64,000 nucleotides of DNA, from NCBI GenBank assembly GCA_023213395.1, contig CM041465.1, positions 48,057,741 through 48,121,740 of the forward strand, written 5' to 3'. The stretch comes from Cycas panzhihuaensis. Taxonomy: Eukaryota > Plantae > Cycadophyta. Each line of letters starts with the position of its first letter. Within the stretch, counting starts at the first letter, position 1. Below the pieces are notes generated by a model, which worked only from the letters and a program-made list of their open reading frames with translations, was not told the DNA's origin and did no database searches. Made by a program: the position numbers and the translations under genes. Shown piece after piece: positions 27,370-41,003 of this stretch.

Positions 27370-27864
27370 AGAACCTGCTGGATCACCTAAGCACCCAGGT
27401 TCTGGGTCATCTCACCTTTTAGATTATGATCCATTCATACCTCTAAAAGTTAGCCACTAATGAGGTTAAGCTACGGTGACCATCTAGTTTATTTTCTTCG
27501 CTCTACCTTTTGTACCATTTTGGATACAAAATCCCCATTGTTTTGACTCTCCTATATACATAACATCCTATTCATAGCATTTGATTGATCATGTTCATGA
27601 CTATTACCACTATTTATCTTACACTCATGTGATGAGGGCATCCCCCTCATCCACTGTCACTATCAGTTGAATCTAGGGTGATGCATAGGCATCCCCTATA
27701 CTGCCACTCTCTCATCTCCTTGTCCATGTATCCCACCATGACACTCACTGTTACCCTTGGTTGATAACATTGCTATGTTTGTTGTATATTACTAACTTTT
27801 TATTGCCAACATTTGTTGCTATGTTATGCTTCTAAGTAGTGAGGCTCTACTACTAAGGGGGTAG

Positions 27865-30800
27865 TGTTTCCTGGCTACCGAGAATGGACATGGGTAAGTC
27901 AGCTCAGGTAAGTTCAGGTATGCTTCTATCCCTAGCCTTGTTAGCTTTAGAAAAGATAGATTAAGGTACTTTACTTATACTACATAATGATTGATTGACT
28001 ACATAATTACTTTGTATTTATTTGCCTAGCCATACTGCATCACTGCACCTTTTTAGCCTATGACAATCTAGGGATATATATCCCTTGGTGCTCCACAACC
28101 CTCCTCCATGTCTCCATGACATCCCCAAGTATCATTTGGCTTACGTAGCCTGCATCACATCATCAACTGGCATGACATGACCTCTAGCACCCCACTTAGG
28201 CCTCATCGTTGCCCTGCATCCATTTTTTTTATCCTTTTAGGAAATTTTTTGCTGTCATTGCTTGCTTGTTGTGGCCTCCTTAAGCCCCATAACCCTCTTT
28301 GCCACTTGAACACTGCACCATGCCTCCTTAGGGCCTAAGATTCCCTCTTTTTGGAGCTTCTAGCCCCCCTTCTTTTTCTCTTTTTCCTTTATTTCTTTTG
28401 CACCATGGTAAACTTCATGGTACCACTATAAACTTCGCGGTACCACTAAGTTTACTGTAGGGCAACTGTTCATAACTATTTTTTTAAATTATCATGGCTA
28501 ATTTTGCATTTATTGTGAAATTACCATGCGGCGATAACTTGTTTCTTGCCCAGGTCGAACCCTAATTACCTGATTGAGCTAGGGTTAGGTTTAAAAACCC
28601 AAAAACCACCTCATTTCCATCTCTCTCATTCACCTTTCACCACTATCTTCTTTAAAAACACCCTATAATAGGATCAAGTTATACTATACCTAACTCACAA
28701 CCAGCTGCCAATCTCCTATAGCTTAAGACACGTGGTTTGTAGGTTTGCAATATGGCCAGCTGAGGAAAGATTGTACTTCAAATACTTCACCAAGCTCTAG
28801 GCATCCCTCTTGCTTAAGTTTTTGTCTCTATTTGTTGCACCACTGGGGTCTTCTCCTATAAATCCCAAAGGGTCTTCTTCCTCACCCAATTTGATAGGCA
28901 GATCTGCCCATACTAGGTACCCTTAAGTTAGTCTTTTGGTTTCCTTTCTTTGAGTAATATAGATACTTTATACTAGTACCTTTTTATAGCAAGTTTCCTC
29001 CTTTCTTTCTATTGCAATGGGAGGCAAACCCTCCATTTTTTCTTGGCCTATCATTTTCTTCTCTTAGTTATTTTTTGGTTTCTTCAAGGAGGCAGTAAGG
29101 AAGAGGGTTTCACAGAGAGTGAAAGGAGCCACAAGCAGGGTCTTGCACCCAACGTGCCTTCTTCTCAAGGGCAACCCCCTTCTCTCCTCCCCTCTCTTTC
29201 TCCATACCTCCCTTGGGTTCCCAAAAGACCATTAAAGAGTAGATCACCGTTGGCAGTAGTATAGGTAGCCCATTACTTTCTCTACAACTAGCACTATAGA
29301 TCCTATATGGTTGGGGTTTCAGCCCTCGACTCCATACCCTTCTTGTCTCTTGATTCTATCCTTACAAAAAAATTTGTAAAAGTCACACTTTTTAACTTTT
29401 ACAACATCAACAACATTCGTAGCATCTCTCACCATCTTTGCTTGTTTTTTGGAAACTTGTTTGCGTTTGTTGTTGGGATATCTCGCTCACATTACCCTTT
29501 TATCTTGGTGCTTGGGGGAAGCGTGGAGCATCTTAGATTTGGAGGGTTAGCCATTCTAAGTCTAACCACTCTTTCTCTTTCTCTTCCCCCCTTTTTCCCA
29601 TATCATATGTTAAATAACATATGAAACATAAGGGGAAACCTTAATCTTGAATGCATTTCTTTTAATAAAGATAATCATATCTTGTTACTTTTCCTTTCGC
29701 ATACTCATCCTGCATGTGTTTGGCACCCCTTGGGAAAGGGCAAACATTTTTAGTACATGTTTCTTTTACGTTTAGAGGAAAAGAAGACTTTCTCTCAAGT
29801 ACGTTTCTTTTCCACTCAATAGTTATTTTTCTTTGCTCTCAAAAATTGTAAAGTAAAGTTACATTGGTCTTTATGTTTCCTTTATCCACATTTCCTTTTT
29901 CTTTTTGGTTTTGGGGGAAGGTAAGGAAGCCCCCTCTCATTGTCGGCACTCCTTTTATTATGCCATCTACGACAAGAAGAAGGGCAAGGATCACTAATAC
30001 AGTGAGGGTAGTGCTACTTTGACCGTCGCATTCTAGGTATATCTGTCTCTCCCTAGCCTTCTTTTCCTTACCCTTTCCCCCCCTTTTTGAATACCCCTTA
30101 GACAAAAGGAGAGAAAAGGATTGGTATTTTCTTTTGCACTTTGCTTGTTTGTTCTATGTTCACTCATTTTAAGTGCATATAGTTGAAGATCTAGGCACTC
30201 ACCTGCACACACCCTATCATCTTGTTGTATGTCACTAAATAACTTCACATCCATTGCATGAGCTTTTTGCTACGTAGCAACCTCCTTGATTCCCTTTTTG
30301 CATTTGAAAGGATAAAGAGAGTAAGGTCACATATATCAAGAGAGGGAGAGAGATTGTATTGCTTTCTTTTTTAAAGTTGTTTCTTTTAAACACAAACATT
30401 TCATTTCCACTTTGTATCTCTCTAGTATACAACGAAACTAAGACAAACATAGGACAACCTCCATTATCAATCTGTCATACCTAGAACCCCCATTAGGTTT
30501 GGTGCCTTAGGGGCAACCTCTTCTCAAGGTTATTTTCTCCTTGTTCACTTGCTTTCCTAAGCTAGACCTCCTAGGTTTGGTCCTTAGGTCAACACTTAGC
30601 TTGCGAAGCCAACCACCCCCTTGTTTACTTGCGTTGCAAGCCATCTTAGGTTTACACACGAATGTTTCTCCTTTCTTGCTAAGGGTCATTCCTTTCATCA
30701 CTCCTTCATGCAAGGAGCTATTCCCTCACCTCCTTCCTCTCTCCTTCAGTCATCCAAGGATAGGAGGGCTCCTTTTGTGGTTACTCAGGAAACCAAAGAG

Positions 30801-31016
30801 ATCCCTCATACACCTGTTACTCCAAATCAAGGAGGAGTTACCCTAAAGGAGTTTGTGCATGATTTGCAGGTCCTCGAACCTGCATTCCAATGTACAGACA
30901 CCTTTTGTGGGTGATCTCTTTCCCTTATTACCATAGGTCCATAGCCACCAAAACCATTAGTTATCTTGGCTCAATCTCATTCAAGTCTAGTGACCCCCCC
31001 CAGAGGTGCAATTCCA
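27865..31016 (+). repeat. 3' LTR of element D (3152 bp)
   Basis: Follows the PPT. Colinear with 10662-13754, with an extra ~59-bp block near 29085-29145. Confidence 0.95.
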
Positions 31017-31620
31017 GCCTTAAAGCCTTACCTTTAGGAAACTTTTCCCTATGTTTCTTTTAAAAAATGTAGGGTTCATAAGTAACCTTTTCTACCTTAA
31101 ACTTTATGAGACTATGCACTATACTTAGTTTATTTATCAATTGAAGGCCAGGAAAGTGTAGATATCCCAATCTTCCATGCCACAACTAAATCTTATTTGA
31201 TATATCTATAAATAAATATGCCTTTCAATTTATAGAATTACCTAAGAGCCTATTAAGATGCTTATCCCTCATACCTTCTACAATTTATTTTCTATCATAA
31301 TCATTAACGATAGCTCTTTTATTTTTTAATAGAACACTTATCCCATTGTCCTTTATTTAACTAATAGAAATTGGGTTCATTTTAAAACCCAACACATATA
31401 AAACATTCTCCATATAATAATCATCATAATTAGGAGTAATTACTGGGACCTATCTTATGCCTTTGGTAGTAAGCATCTTATTGTCTCCCAAGACTACTAT
31501 GTGTTTAATGGCTTTCCATATATACTAGACCTATTCAAGCCTACCTATTATATGCTTGGAAGAACCTAAGTCAATGTACCAAATATCATTGGACCTCTTT
31601 TCATTTGTTGACATATTCCA
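31017..31620 (-). pseudogene. Copia C protease and GAG-pre-integrase region
   Basis: WYIDLGSSKHI..; LWHGRLGYLHFPGL..HREKFPKGKALR. Confidence 0.85.
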
Positions 31621-32119
31621 TTGATCAGACTAGAGCTACTAATTAATATATAATAGAATATGACAAGAAATTTAAGGCAATTTATTTAAATAGAAAAATA
31701 AGCATTTTCCACCCATTTTAACATAAAAATAAATATAATCACAAGAAACTAGTGAGAATTAAACAATCCTTACATAACATATACTCTTTTTATTAAAAAG
31801 TACTGACTGCGAGGTCCTTGGTCACTTTATAGTGTGCTAACATAATATATAAACTCATCAATCACCATGTAAAGAGCTAAAATCCTTTTATATGATCAAA
31901 TTTAATACAAAATACATGAAAAAGTATTTAAAAAAATATATTTTATATTTTTATAATAGGCTCCTCAATGAGCCAAAAAAATCCTAACACCTTTATATCA
32001 AATGTAACCACATATAACAAACTAGGGGGTTAGTCGTAACTTAAAAATAAATAAAAAGATATTTAAAACACCATAAATATTATGAAAATAAAAAAATAAT
32101 TTAATGTGAAGTAAGGCAT

Positions 32120-33100
32120 TAAGAATTTGTCTACATATGGTGCTGCATTGAATGAAAATTTTGCATTGATCAATTATTGAATCATTTCAATTCTCTACAT
32201 ATGTATTCAATCTATGTCTTAGTGTTCATGGTTGAGCAATATTTGTAAGTGTAGGGCATTTCATGTTTATTAACTCTTGTTCAATCATCAATCTTCATAT
32301 ATGTGTAGATATTAACTCTGTGATTACATTAGATAATCTTCTAACATAATTAATCTCCTACTGTCATTCATTTCTTAGATTTCATGTTCTTCATTGACAT
32401 AATATAATCATTCCTATTTGTGTATTTCTCCTCCATCTACATTGAGCATGCATAGGTTACTAGTGTTGATATGATAGCATGTAGGTTGATTTCTTATCTT
32501 TGTAGGTTTGTAAGCATCTCTATTCTTTTAATACCTACTCCTTTATCAATGATTCATCGTGTATGTGCCAAACAACATCTTTAGTCTTATCCTTTTTCCT
32601 TTCAAATAGATTAGAATCCTTGATTTCATGGTTTAGGTGTATACATATAGTCACACAAATTGGTGGGTTCATAGGCATAAAGTAATACTCAGTCAAAGAA
32701 GACAATGTCTCCATTTATAATGTCTTCTTCCTCTCTCATGAGTTGGAGTGATCTTCCTTATAATTGTTCATAGTCTGAATTTGAAAGGATGAAAGGTTGA
32801 TCTTTTTCTAGTTTTGGAGTATGTCGTGGACATCCATTTGACCCACAACATATAGATATGAATAAACTTCTTGGTCATCCTCTCTTCTCCAAACATATTT
32901 GTGTTGAATGTCATTTCATTCTTTATCAATGCCAAATCCATAACTAAAAGAATAACCTTTTGTTTTATAAGAAATCAAAACACTATATTTTAGGGAAGGT
33001 TAGACCTATAATAAACCTTCTTTTAAGAAATGCATCCATCTGGCAACCTCTTGTAAACTCTTTGCCCACAACTTAAGCTAGTCATCATGATTGAAGGAAT
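32120..33100 (-). pseudogene. Highly decayed Copia gag-like remnant
   Basis: Zn-knuckle-like remnant near 32600-32660 and position downstream of the PBS. Motifs are poor. Confidence 0.35.
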
Positions 33101-33555
33101 TATAGAGAATGAAAACAAGGTAGAATGCTCTCTCTCTTTTGTTGTATACAACTCACATATAAGAGTCAATTAGTCCCATTTTAATGATCTTATTATGATT
33201 CAAAAAGGGTATGGATTTGAAGTAGGCCAAAGTCTTACCTTATAGTATAAAATATCTTTCTTGTGGAGACTTCTAGGTTTCTACATATACACACAAACCT
33301 AGGGCTACAAGCCAAACTAAAAGGAAATCCTACCCATATTACACGATATGTTTAAAACATAAATTTCAAAAGAAATATCCCTAATCTCCTTATTTTATTT
33401 TATTTTTCATACTATTACAAATAATCCCATATCTTAATAAACTAAACCCCTAAAAAAATTGCCATAAATTTTTAACAGAATAACCTACTTAGTCCCTTAG
33501 TTATTGGCTATAAAATCACTTAACATTTAGCAACTACTCCTACTCTAATATCATA

Positions 33556-33832
33556 TGAATGTTTAGGATCATAAATAGAACCACATTCAAACATATTAAT
33601 ATAGGATTTTCTGGTAGAATTGGTCTACCATAAAAAAATAGGAATTCATTAAGAACCTATATACTACATTAATCAACACATAGGACAATGAAAATAAATA
33701 TATAACCAAGATCGATAATGATCAACAAGTGAATCTGTAACTACCTTAACATGTGTAACAAATCCATTTAGGACTTTCAAGTTCTATGACTCACTTGTCC
33801 TATTTTGTCCATATACAAACATTAATCTAACA
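33556..33832 (-). repeat. 5' LTR of Copia C
   Basis: TG...CA; repeat of 8141-8418; next to a decayed PBS. Confidence 0.85.
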
Positions 33833-34991
33833 TGAAAGAGGCTAAAGATGCTCTTGAGTAAATCAAAGAGTGCATTGCATAGGCCCTTATTTTGGCTAGC
33901 CAAGGCTGTATAAAGGACTTTATTATTTATTCATATGCCTCTAAAGGAGCTTATGCATCCATATTAATATAGGTCAACAACAATAAAAAGGAGAAACCAA
34001 TTGCCTTTCTTGGTAAGGTATTCAAGGATTATTGATTATGTCATTCTATGGTTGAGAAGTAAACCTTTGCCTTACTAAAGGAAATTAAAGATTTCAAGCC
34101 CTACATTTTCCAAAACCACACTATTATATATGTGCCCTTGGCTTGAATGAAAGTAATATTAAACTAGATGGATCCGTCAAAAAAATGGAGCAAGTGGTTA
34201 TTTAAAATCAAGGAGTTTAATTAGGACATTAAACCCTTTTGAATAGTAAAAGGATATGGACTTTGTATGATAATCATTGAAGACTACTTGAGAACTATCA
34301 TAAACACATGTAAACTAAGTAAAGAGAAAAATCATCTTGAGAATATGGCAAGCATAAAAGTATATAAGGCTAATAGTGATTCCTTTTATCCTATTCTATA
34401 AGATATCATGTTTTACTTGATGCATGGAGTATGCCCAGAAGATTTAGATAAAAGGCCTAAAAGGACTCTTAAATTAAGGGCTAGGCCATATGTTATCACT
34501 CAAGGTCAATTATACCAAAGGATTTTAAATAGAATTTTATTTAGATGCCTTCACAAGTATAAGGCCTCAAAAACCTTGAAGGAGTTTCACTTAGGATTTT
34601 GTGGTGGTCATTTTATGACTAAGACTATGAATATAAAGTTCTCAAGGATAATTTCCTTTAGCTAACATTATTTTACAATGATTTTAAGCTTGCCAAAAAC
34701 TACATTCCTTATCAAAAGTTTGTAGGAAAGTAGAAATTAGGAACCATACCTCTTAAACCTATTTTTGCTAATTAATCCTTTAAAAAATGGGGTTTGGATT
34801 TTTCAACTTAATTAATCCCCTATTAAGCAAGGGACATTCTTATATTATGACAACAATTAATTAGTTCATAAGATGGGTTGACGCCATTCTACCTAATAAA
34901 ACAGGTTTATAAGTTATTAAATTCCTAAAATAAGTCTTAATTCTTAGATTCAGAGTCTTAAGTTGATTTTTGTTAATAGACCCTACTTTAC
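33833..34991 (+). pseudogene. Element A native RNase H and integrase N-terminus
   Basis: ALILASP..DFIIYSYAS..EKPIAF..WSKWLFKIKEF; ORF 34408-34665 LFRCL..LKEFHLGFCGGHF; WGLDF..GHSYIMT. Confidence 0.88.
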
Positions 34992-37900
34992 TATTGAAAA
35001 AATTAGGTCTTAATAACTAAAAAGCTACCACCAAGATCTAAACTATTTTGCAACTAGTTATATGAATTGAAACTAAAATTTAATATGCAAGTTCTTAAAC
35101 TAGAGATAATATAATAAATAAATAAAAAAGCTAAAGCATCATATATACACCATATATAATCTAGTAAAACCTTAATAGTGTGCTAGGGAAACATCCACAC
35201 AAGAAAGATATTGATCTTTATTATCCAAGAATGTAGAAATATACATAATCTGTAGTAGAATACTAACAACAACAACAACTACTCATCTTTACTTAATATA
35301 GTATATCCAATACATTAAATACCATTAACATAATAGAAAAACACCCTAAATCGAGTTATATGAAAGAGTTGTATAAGGGATAAGTCTCAACCATGAAATC
35401 TGGGGTATTTTGAATGAATGACCCTGATTCTCTTTACAATTTAATATGTTTTAAAATGCTAGCTTTTAAGGTTAGTGGCTATCATCCCTGAACCCTCTCT
35501 TTATAGGGGGGATTTTGACACCCCTGCACCCCTTGGCTAAGGGGGCCTCCCACCTCCCTTGGATCCCCATGTGAAAGTTTAGGGGGAAAACTTCACTGCC
35601 AACCTATCAAAATATTTTGTCTCCAAAACATTATTGTCACATTATCTAACAATCTCCACCTTGACAATAATTTAACCGATACCTTTCCTAGACTATTCAT
35701 CATCTTTTTTGCAAACCAAGAGAAGTTAAGCACCATTTAAACTTCTCTAATAGTACTGGTTTTGTGAATATATTAGCATAATTCTACTTTATATTAATCT
35801 TATCAAGTGCTACTCCACCTGCTTCCATAATGTGTCTAATAGAATGGTACTTAAGAGCAATATACTTTGTCCTACTATAATAAGCTGGATTCTTTCCTAA
35901 GTAAATGGAACTTTGACTATCACAAAATATCTTTACCTTTTCCTATTTCCTTCTAAGCTTAACTAATAGATCCTACAACTAGATTACTTCCTTATAAGCA
36001 TATGTTGTAGCAACATATTCTATTTTTGTAGTCTATAATGCAATTACACTCTACAATTTTAACATCCAACTAATTGGACCATTTGCAAAAGTAAACGCAT
36101 AACTTGAAGTAAACATTCTCTTATCTAAATCTCCTATAAATTTTGAATCAACATATCTACAAACCTAATTACCCGTACCACTAAAGGTGATGTAATAGTC
36201 ACTTGTGCCCCTCAAATACTAAAGCACCCATTTTACTGCTACCCAATTTTCTATTCCTAGATTTACTATAAACCTACTAACTATACCAAATATATGTGAA
36301 ATTTCAGGTCTTGTACATACCATAGCATATATTAAACTTCATACGATACTGACATAAGGTACATGAGATATATAATACTTTTCTTCGTTACTACTAGCAC
36401 TCATACTTGAAGAAAGCTTGAAATGGGAAGCCAACGTGATACTAGTTGGTTCTACATTTGCTATACCAAATCTTATTAGCACCTTCTTCATATATTTCTA
36501 ATGTGATAACCATAACTTACTATTTTTCCTATCTCTATATATCTCCATGCCTAAGATTTATTTTATAGCTCCTAGATCTTTCATATTAAAAGTCCTAGCT
36601 AATTGAGTCTTTAACTTGTTGATTTCTACCATACTCTTGCTTGTAACCATCATGTCGTTAGCATACAATACCAAGATAATGACTAAGCTATTGCCCAAGA
36701 ATTTAAAGTAAACACAATGATCATACTTACTTATTTTAAAATTTTGGCTCTCTATAAAGGTATCAAACTTCCTATACCATTGCCCACGTAATTGATTCAG
36801 GCCATACAATGATTTCTTGAGCCTATAAATAAGTATTTTCTTTCCATCTTATACAAACCCTTTTAACTGATCCATATGGATCTTCTCATCTAAATCTCCA
36901 TGCAGAAAAGATATTTTTATATCTAACTGCTCTAACTCCAAATTAAGAGAATCTACTAATGCTAACAGAACCCAAATTAAAATAAGTTTAATAACTGGTG
37001 AAAAGATCTCATGAAAATCAATACCTACTTTTTATGCAAAGCCTTTAGCCACCAGTCTTGCCTTGTATTTATCAACCTTTCTATCAACATCTATTTTTAT
37101 CTCGAAAACCCACTTGTAACCAATAGTCTTCCTACCATGTGTAAGTTCTACCAACTTCCATGAATTATTTTTCTTTAAAGCATCTATCTCTTCTTACATA
37201 GCCCTCTTCCACTTCTCATTGTAGATATCATCTACTACTTCCTAATAGCATGTAGGCTTACCATCATTAGAAACCAAAGTAATAGAAATAGAAGGGCTAT
37301 ACTTGTTAGGTGGATGACTGACTTATATAGATCTTCTATTAGTTGGTGGAGGAGTGTCCATATACTCTTATAAATCTACTACAAATTCATCTTCAGAAAG
37401 CTCTTCCTACATTTTTGTTTCTAAAGATGGCTAAGTCTCAAGCTTGACCTATTGATATTTAGCTTTTTGCTCTTATTTTACTTTAACTTATACACTGTCT
37501 GATTTTAGAAATAGAGATTTATCAAATATAATATCTCTATTAATAATGATTTTATGGGTAGTAGGGTCACACAACCTGCATCCATTCATACCATCTCTAT
37601 CACCATAACCAATAAAGATACATCTCTTAGATTTTAGGTATAACTTTGAACGTTGACTTTTATTAGTCAAAGCACAAGCATCACAACAAAAAACTTTCAA
37701 ATTTGAATAGTCACATGGATTTCTAGTCTATACCTCTTTAAGAATCTTGTAGTCTATTGCAAGTGATAGTGACCTATTTACTAAATAACAAGTTGTCTGA
37801 AGAGGTTCTACCCATAAGCCCTACTCCACTCTTATATTACTTAGCATGCTTTTCACTTTTTGTAAGAGTGTCCTATTCATGCACTCAACTATATCATTCT

Positions 37901-40363
37901 ATTATAGAGTATAGCTAGTGGCCTTATGCCTTCCGATCCTAACTTCTCTATAATAGTTATCAAACTCTAAAGAGTTGAACTCACCTCCATTATCAATTAT
38001 TAAATATTTGATTGACCTAGTCAACTAGAGACTTGAACTACTTAAACACACTAAAAACTTTAGAATTAAAAAAAAAAAAAATAGACCCATACCTTTCTAG
38101 AGTAATCATCTATAAATATGATAAAGTATAATGATCCTCTATAAGATATTATAGGCATTGGTCTCCACACAAATGGATGTACATAATCCAAAACACCTTT
38201 ACGAGTGTAACTCTTTAGTTTAAACCTGAGTCTACACAACTTTCTAGAAATATAATGTTTATAAAAAGTTAAATCTAAAATTTATAAGTTAGGAAGCAAC
38301 TTATGGTTTATTAACACCTTAAGTCCTCTCTCACTCATGTGCCTAAGTCTCTGATGCCATAACTGACCCAGATCTTCTATAGTCTTTGATGTTGTATTTG
38401 CATGGATGACATATGTACTTCCTACTAAAATATAAAGGTTTCCTTTCTTTAAGGATTTCATAATAACCAAGGCACCACCTTCAAGACTCCTTCATGACCT
38501 ATGTACTTATAACCACTAGAATTTAGTTTACATAAAGAAATCAGATTCCCTTTTAGATTAGGTACATATATGACTTTAGTTATTATTCTTACTACACCAT
38601 CAAACATTTTAATTCTCATGTTGCTAATACCCATTATTTTATAAGAAACTTCATTTCCCATAAGCATATCACCACCGTCAAGAGGTTGGTATGATGAAAA
38701 CTAACTCTTATGTGGACACGTGCTCTGAAGCACTTGAATCTAATAACCAATCATGATGATAATTAGAAATATTACAAGAAACCAAGACATCATCATCTAT
38801 ACCTTGATTTGACTTCTCTTAATTGGCCTCATTGGCAAGATCTTCTCTTTTTTGGAACTCTTTCTTTTTGTATCAATCCTTCTTGAGGTGACCTATCTTA
38901 TTATAGTGACAACATCTAAGCTTACTCTTCTTGCCTTTTGACTTCGACCTCGATGTGTCCCTAGAGTTTTGTCCTCTTTCAATTATACTACCCCTTGTTG
39001 TCATAGCTTATGATGTGGAGGTTTCAAGGTTAGACTTCCTCCTCACCTCTTATGTCAGCAAAGCACTCACAACAGAATCATAGTCTAATTGATTTGTAGT
39101 ACTAAAAATAATTTAGATGATAATATTATCCCAAGATTTTGGTAATGAATATAATAAGGTAATAACCTTATTATCATTCTCAATTGTGACATTGATACTA
39201 GTCAACTGATAAATAAGAGTATTGAAAATATTTAAATGATGAGGAATTTTTATACCTTCATTCATAATGAGTACAACTACCTCTTCAAGTAGATTTGATT
39301 TATCATTGATTTAGTCATGTACAAGCCTTCTAATCAGGTTTATAATCCTACTACTGTCTTCTCCCCTATGATGTTAAATAGAACTTCATCCACGAAGTAT
39401 AATCACATTGTGCTAAGAGCCCTTTTATCTAGATCATCCCATTTGTCATCATCCATTCTTATAGGTTTCTTCAATTTACCTCCCAGAGTTCTGTACAATC
39501 CTTATTGTACTAGAATGCCATATACTTTTAGCTTTCACAACTTGAAGTTGTTCTTGCTATTGAATTTTTCCATATTGAACTTTGCATTTATTAGTTTTTC
39601 TATTTGATATAGAAAAATTCAACACCAAATCCTTCACAAACTCACTACAAAAATAAAAGTGGTTATAATACCCCTTGTTGAGAAAATTAGGTTCCAATAA
39701 CCAAAAAATTGCCACTAAGATCTAATATATTTTATGACTAGTTACAAGAATTGAAACTGAAATTTAATCTGTAAGTTCTTAAACTAGAGATAATATAATA
39801 AATAAATTAGAAAGCCAAAGCATCATATATACACCAAATATAATATGGTAAAACCCTAGTAGTATGCTAGGGAAACATCCACACAGGAAAGGTATTGATA
39901 TTTATTATCCAAGAATGGAGAAATGTATATAATCTATAATATAATGCTCACAACAATAATAACCACCCACCTCTACTCAATATTATACATCTAATATATT
40001 AAATACCATCAACACAATGGAAAAAACACCCTAAATTAGGCTAAATGAGAGTCATATATGGCACAAATCTTAACCATTAAATCTGGGATATTTTAAATGA
40101 ACGACCCTAATTCTCTTTACAATTTAGTATGTTTTAGAATGCTAACTTTTTGGGTTGGAGGCTACTTCCTCCAAACCCCATTTTTGTGGGGGGGGGGAGG
40201 GGGGTGGGGGGTGTGGGAAGGGGTTTCTGATCCCTCCTACACCCCCTAGCTAAGGGGGCTCCCACCCCCTTTGGATCCCCTCACAAAAGGTTAGGGGGGA
40301 ATCTGTGCTGCCAACCTGTCAAAATTTTTTACCTCTAAAATATTGTTGTCATATTATCTAATA
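34992..40363 (-). mobile_element. Full-length decayed Ty1/Copia element F (Tnt1/Tork-like)
   Basis: LTRs 34992-35651 and 39676-40363. PPT 35652-35662. Decayed Met-PBS ~39663-39673. TTAC core duplicated at both flanks. Confidence 0.92.
35700..39600 (-). pseudogene. Copia F gag-pol
   Basis: MEKFNSKNNFKL (gag); RIKMFDGVVR..YVPNLKGNLISL; LWHQRLRHMSERGL; SKRCIFIGY; YGLNQ..WYRKFD..LYANDM..MKDLG. Confidence 0.92.
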
Positions 40364-41003
40364 TTACATCATAAAAAATATAATATTTTGTAGGAAAGTA
40401 TGGAATAATTTTGAATACCTCCAACTATTATCCCTAAGGTAATGAATTAGTAGAATCTTCTAATAAGAACCTTACTAAGATAGTTAAGAGGTCGGTCTCT
40501 TAAAATTGAAAGGATTGGGATGCTTAGCTATATTAGGCTTTATGGGTTGATAAAACTATGAGAAAGGATTTGATTAAATACTCCTCCTACTTGTTGGTAT
40601 ATGGCAAAGATGCTAACATGCCTCTTGATTTATCTTTAAAGTCTTTATATCTTATGGAATGTGAAGAAAGAAGACTCTCCTTCAACCATGGGATGACAAA
40701 ACCTATTGGCTTTGAATGAGAAACAAAAATGTGCTAGTGACCATATTGAGGCTTATTAGGAGAAGATTAAAAAAGCTTTTTGATAGGAGGTCTAATGTTT
40801 TTTAACTAGGTGATAGAATTCCAATGTGGGATAAAGTGTATGAGAAACCTAGTACACATCATAAGCTTGATTCATTATGGTTGGGAACTTATATAGTTCA
40901 TGAAACTATTGGTGATAGTGCTTTTAGGTTTAATAACCTCTTAGATGAATTGCCAACTATTCAAGTTAATATGAAGTTTCTTAAATATTATTATAAAGAT
41001 TGA
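40364..41003 (+). pseudogene. Element A integrase C-terminal part (end of pol)
   Basis: SNYYP*GNELVESSNKNL..ALWVDK..LVYGKDANMP..KLDSLWLGTYIV..FLKYYYKD*. Confidence 0.88.

Larger units (their letters stand above)
10662..31016 (+). mobile_element. Non-autonomous Tat/Ogre-like Gypsy element D: 3.1-kb LTRs, gag-protease, antisense PMD gene, 3' aRH, no RT/RH/INT
   Basis: LTRs 10662-13754 and 27865-31016 (TG...CA). PBS 13756-13773. PPT AAGGGGG 27855-27861. Degenerate TSD CCCTA/GCCTT. The Copia frame FPKGKALR|VIKNLSLIH rejoins across it. Confidence 0.9.
8141..33832 (-). mobile_element. Ty1/Copia element C, split by the 20-kb insertion at 10662-31016
   Basis: LTRs 8141-8418 and 33556-33832 (~278 bp). 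Decayed Met-PBS 33541-33553. PPT after 8418. Degenerate TSD CCAAA/TGAAA whose removal restores the host reading frame. Confidence 0.85.

Noticed and set aside
38068-38082. Poly-A run (and poly-T near 46410-46428) as SINE/LINE tails
   Set aside because: No TSD or element body; simple slippage inside LTR elements.
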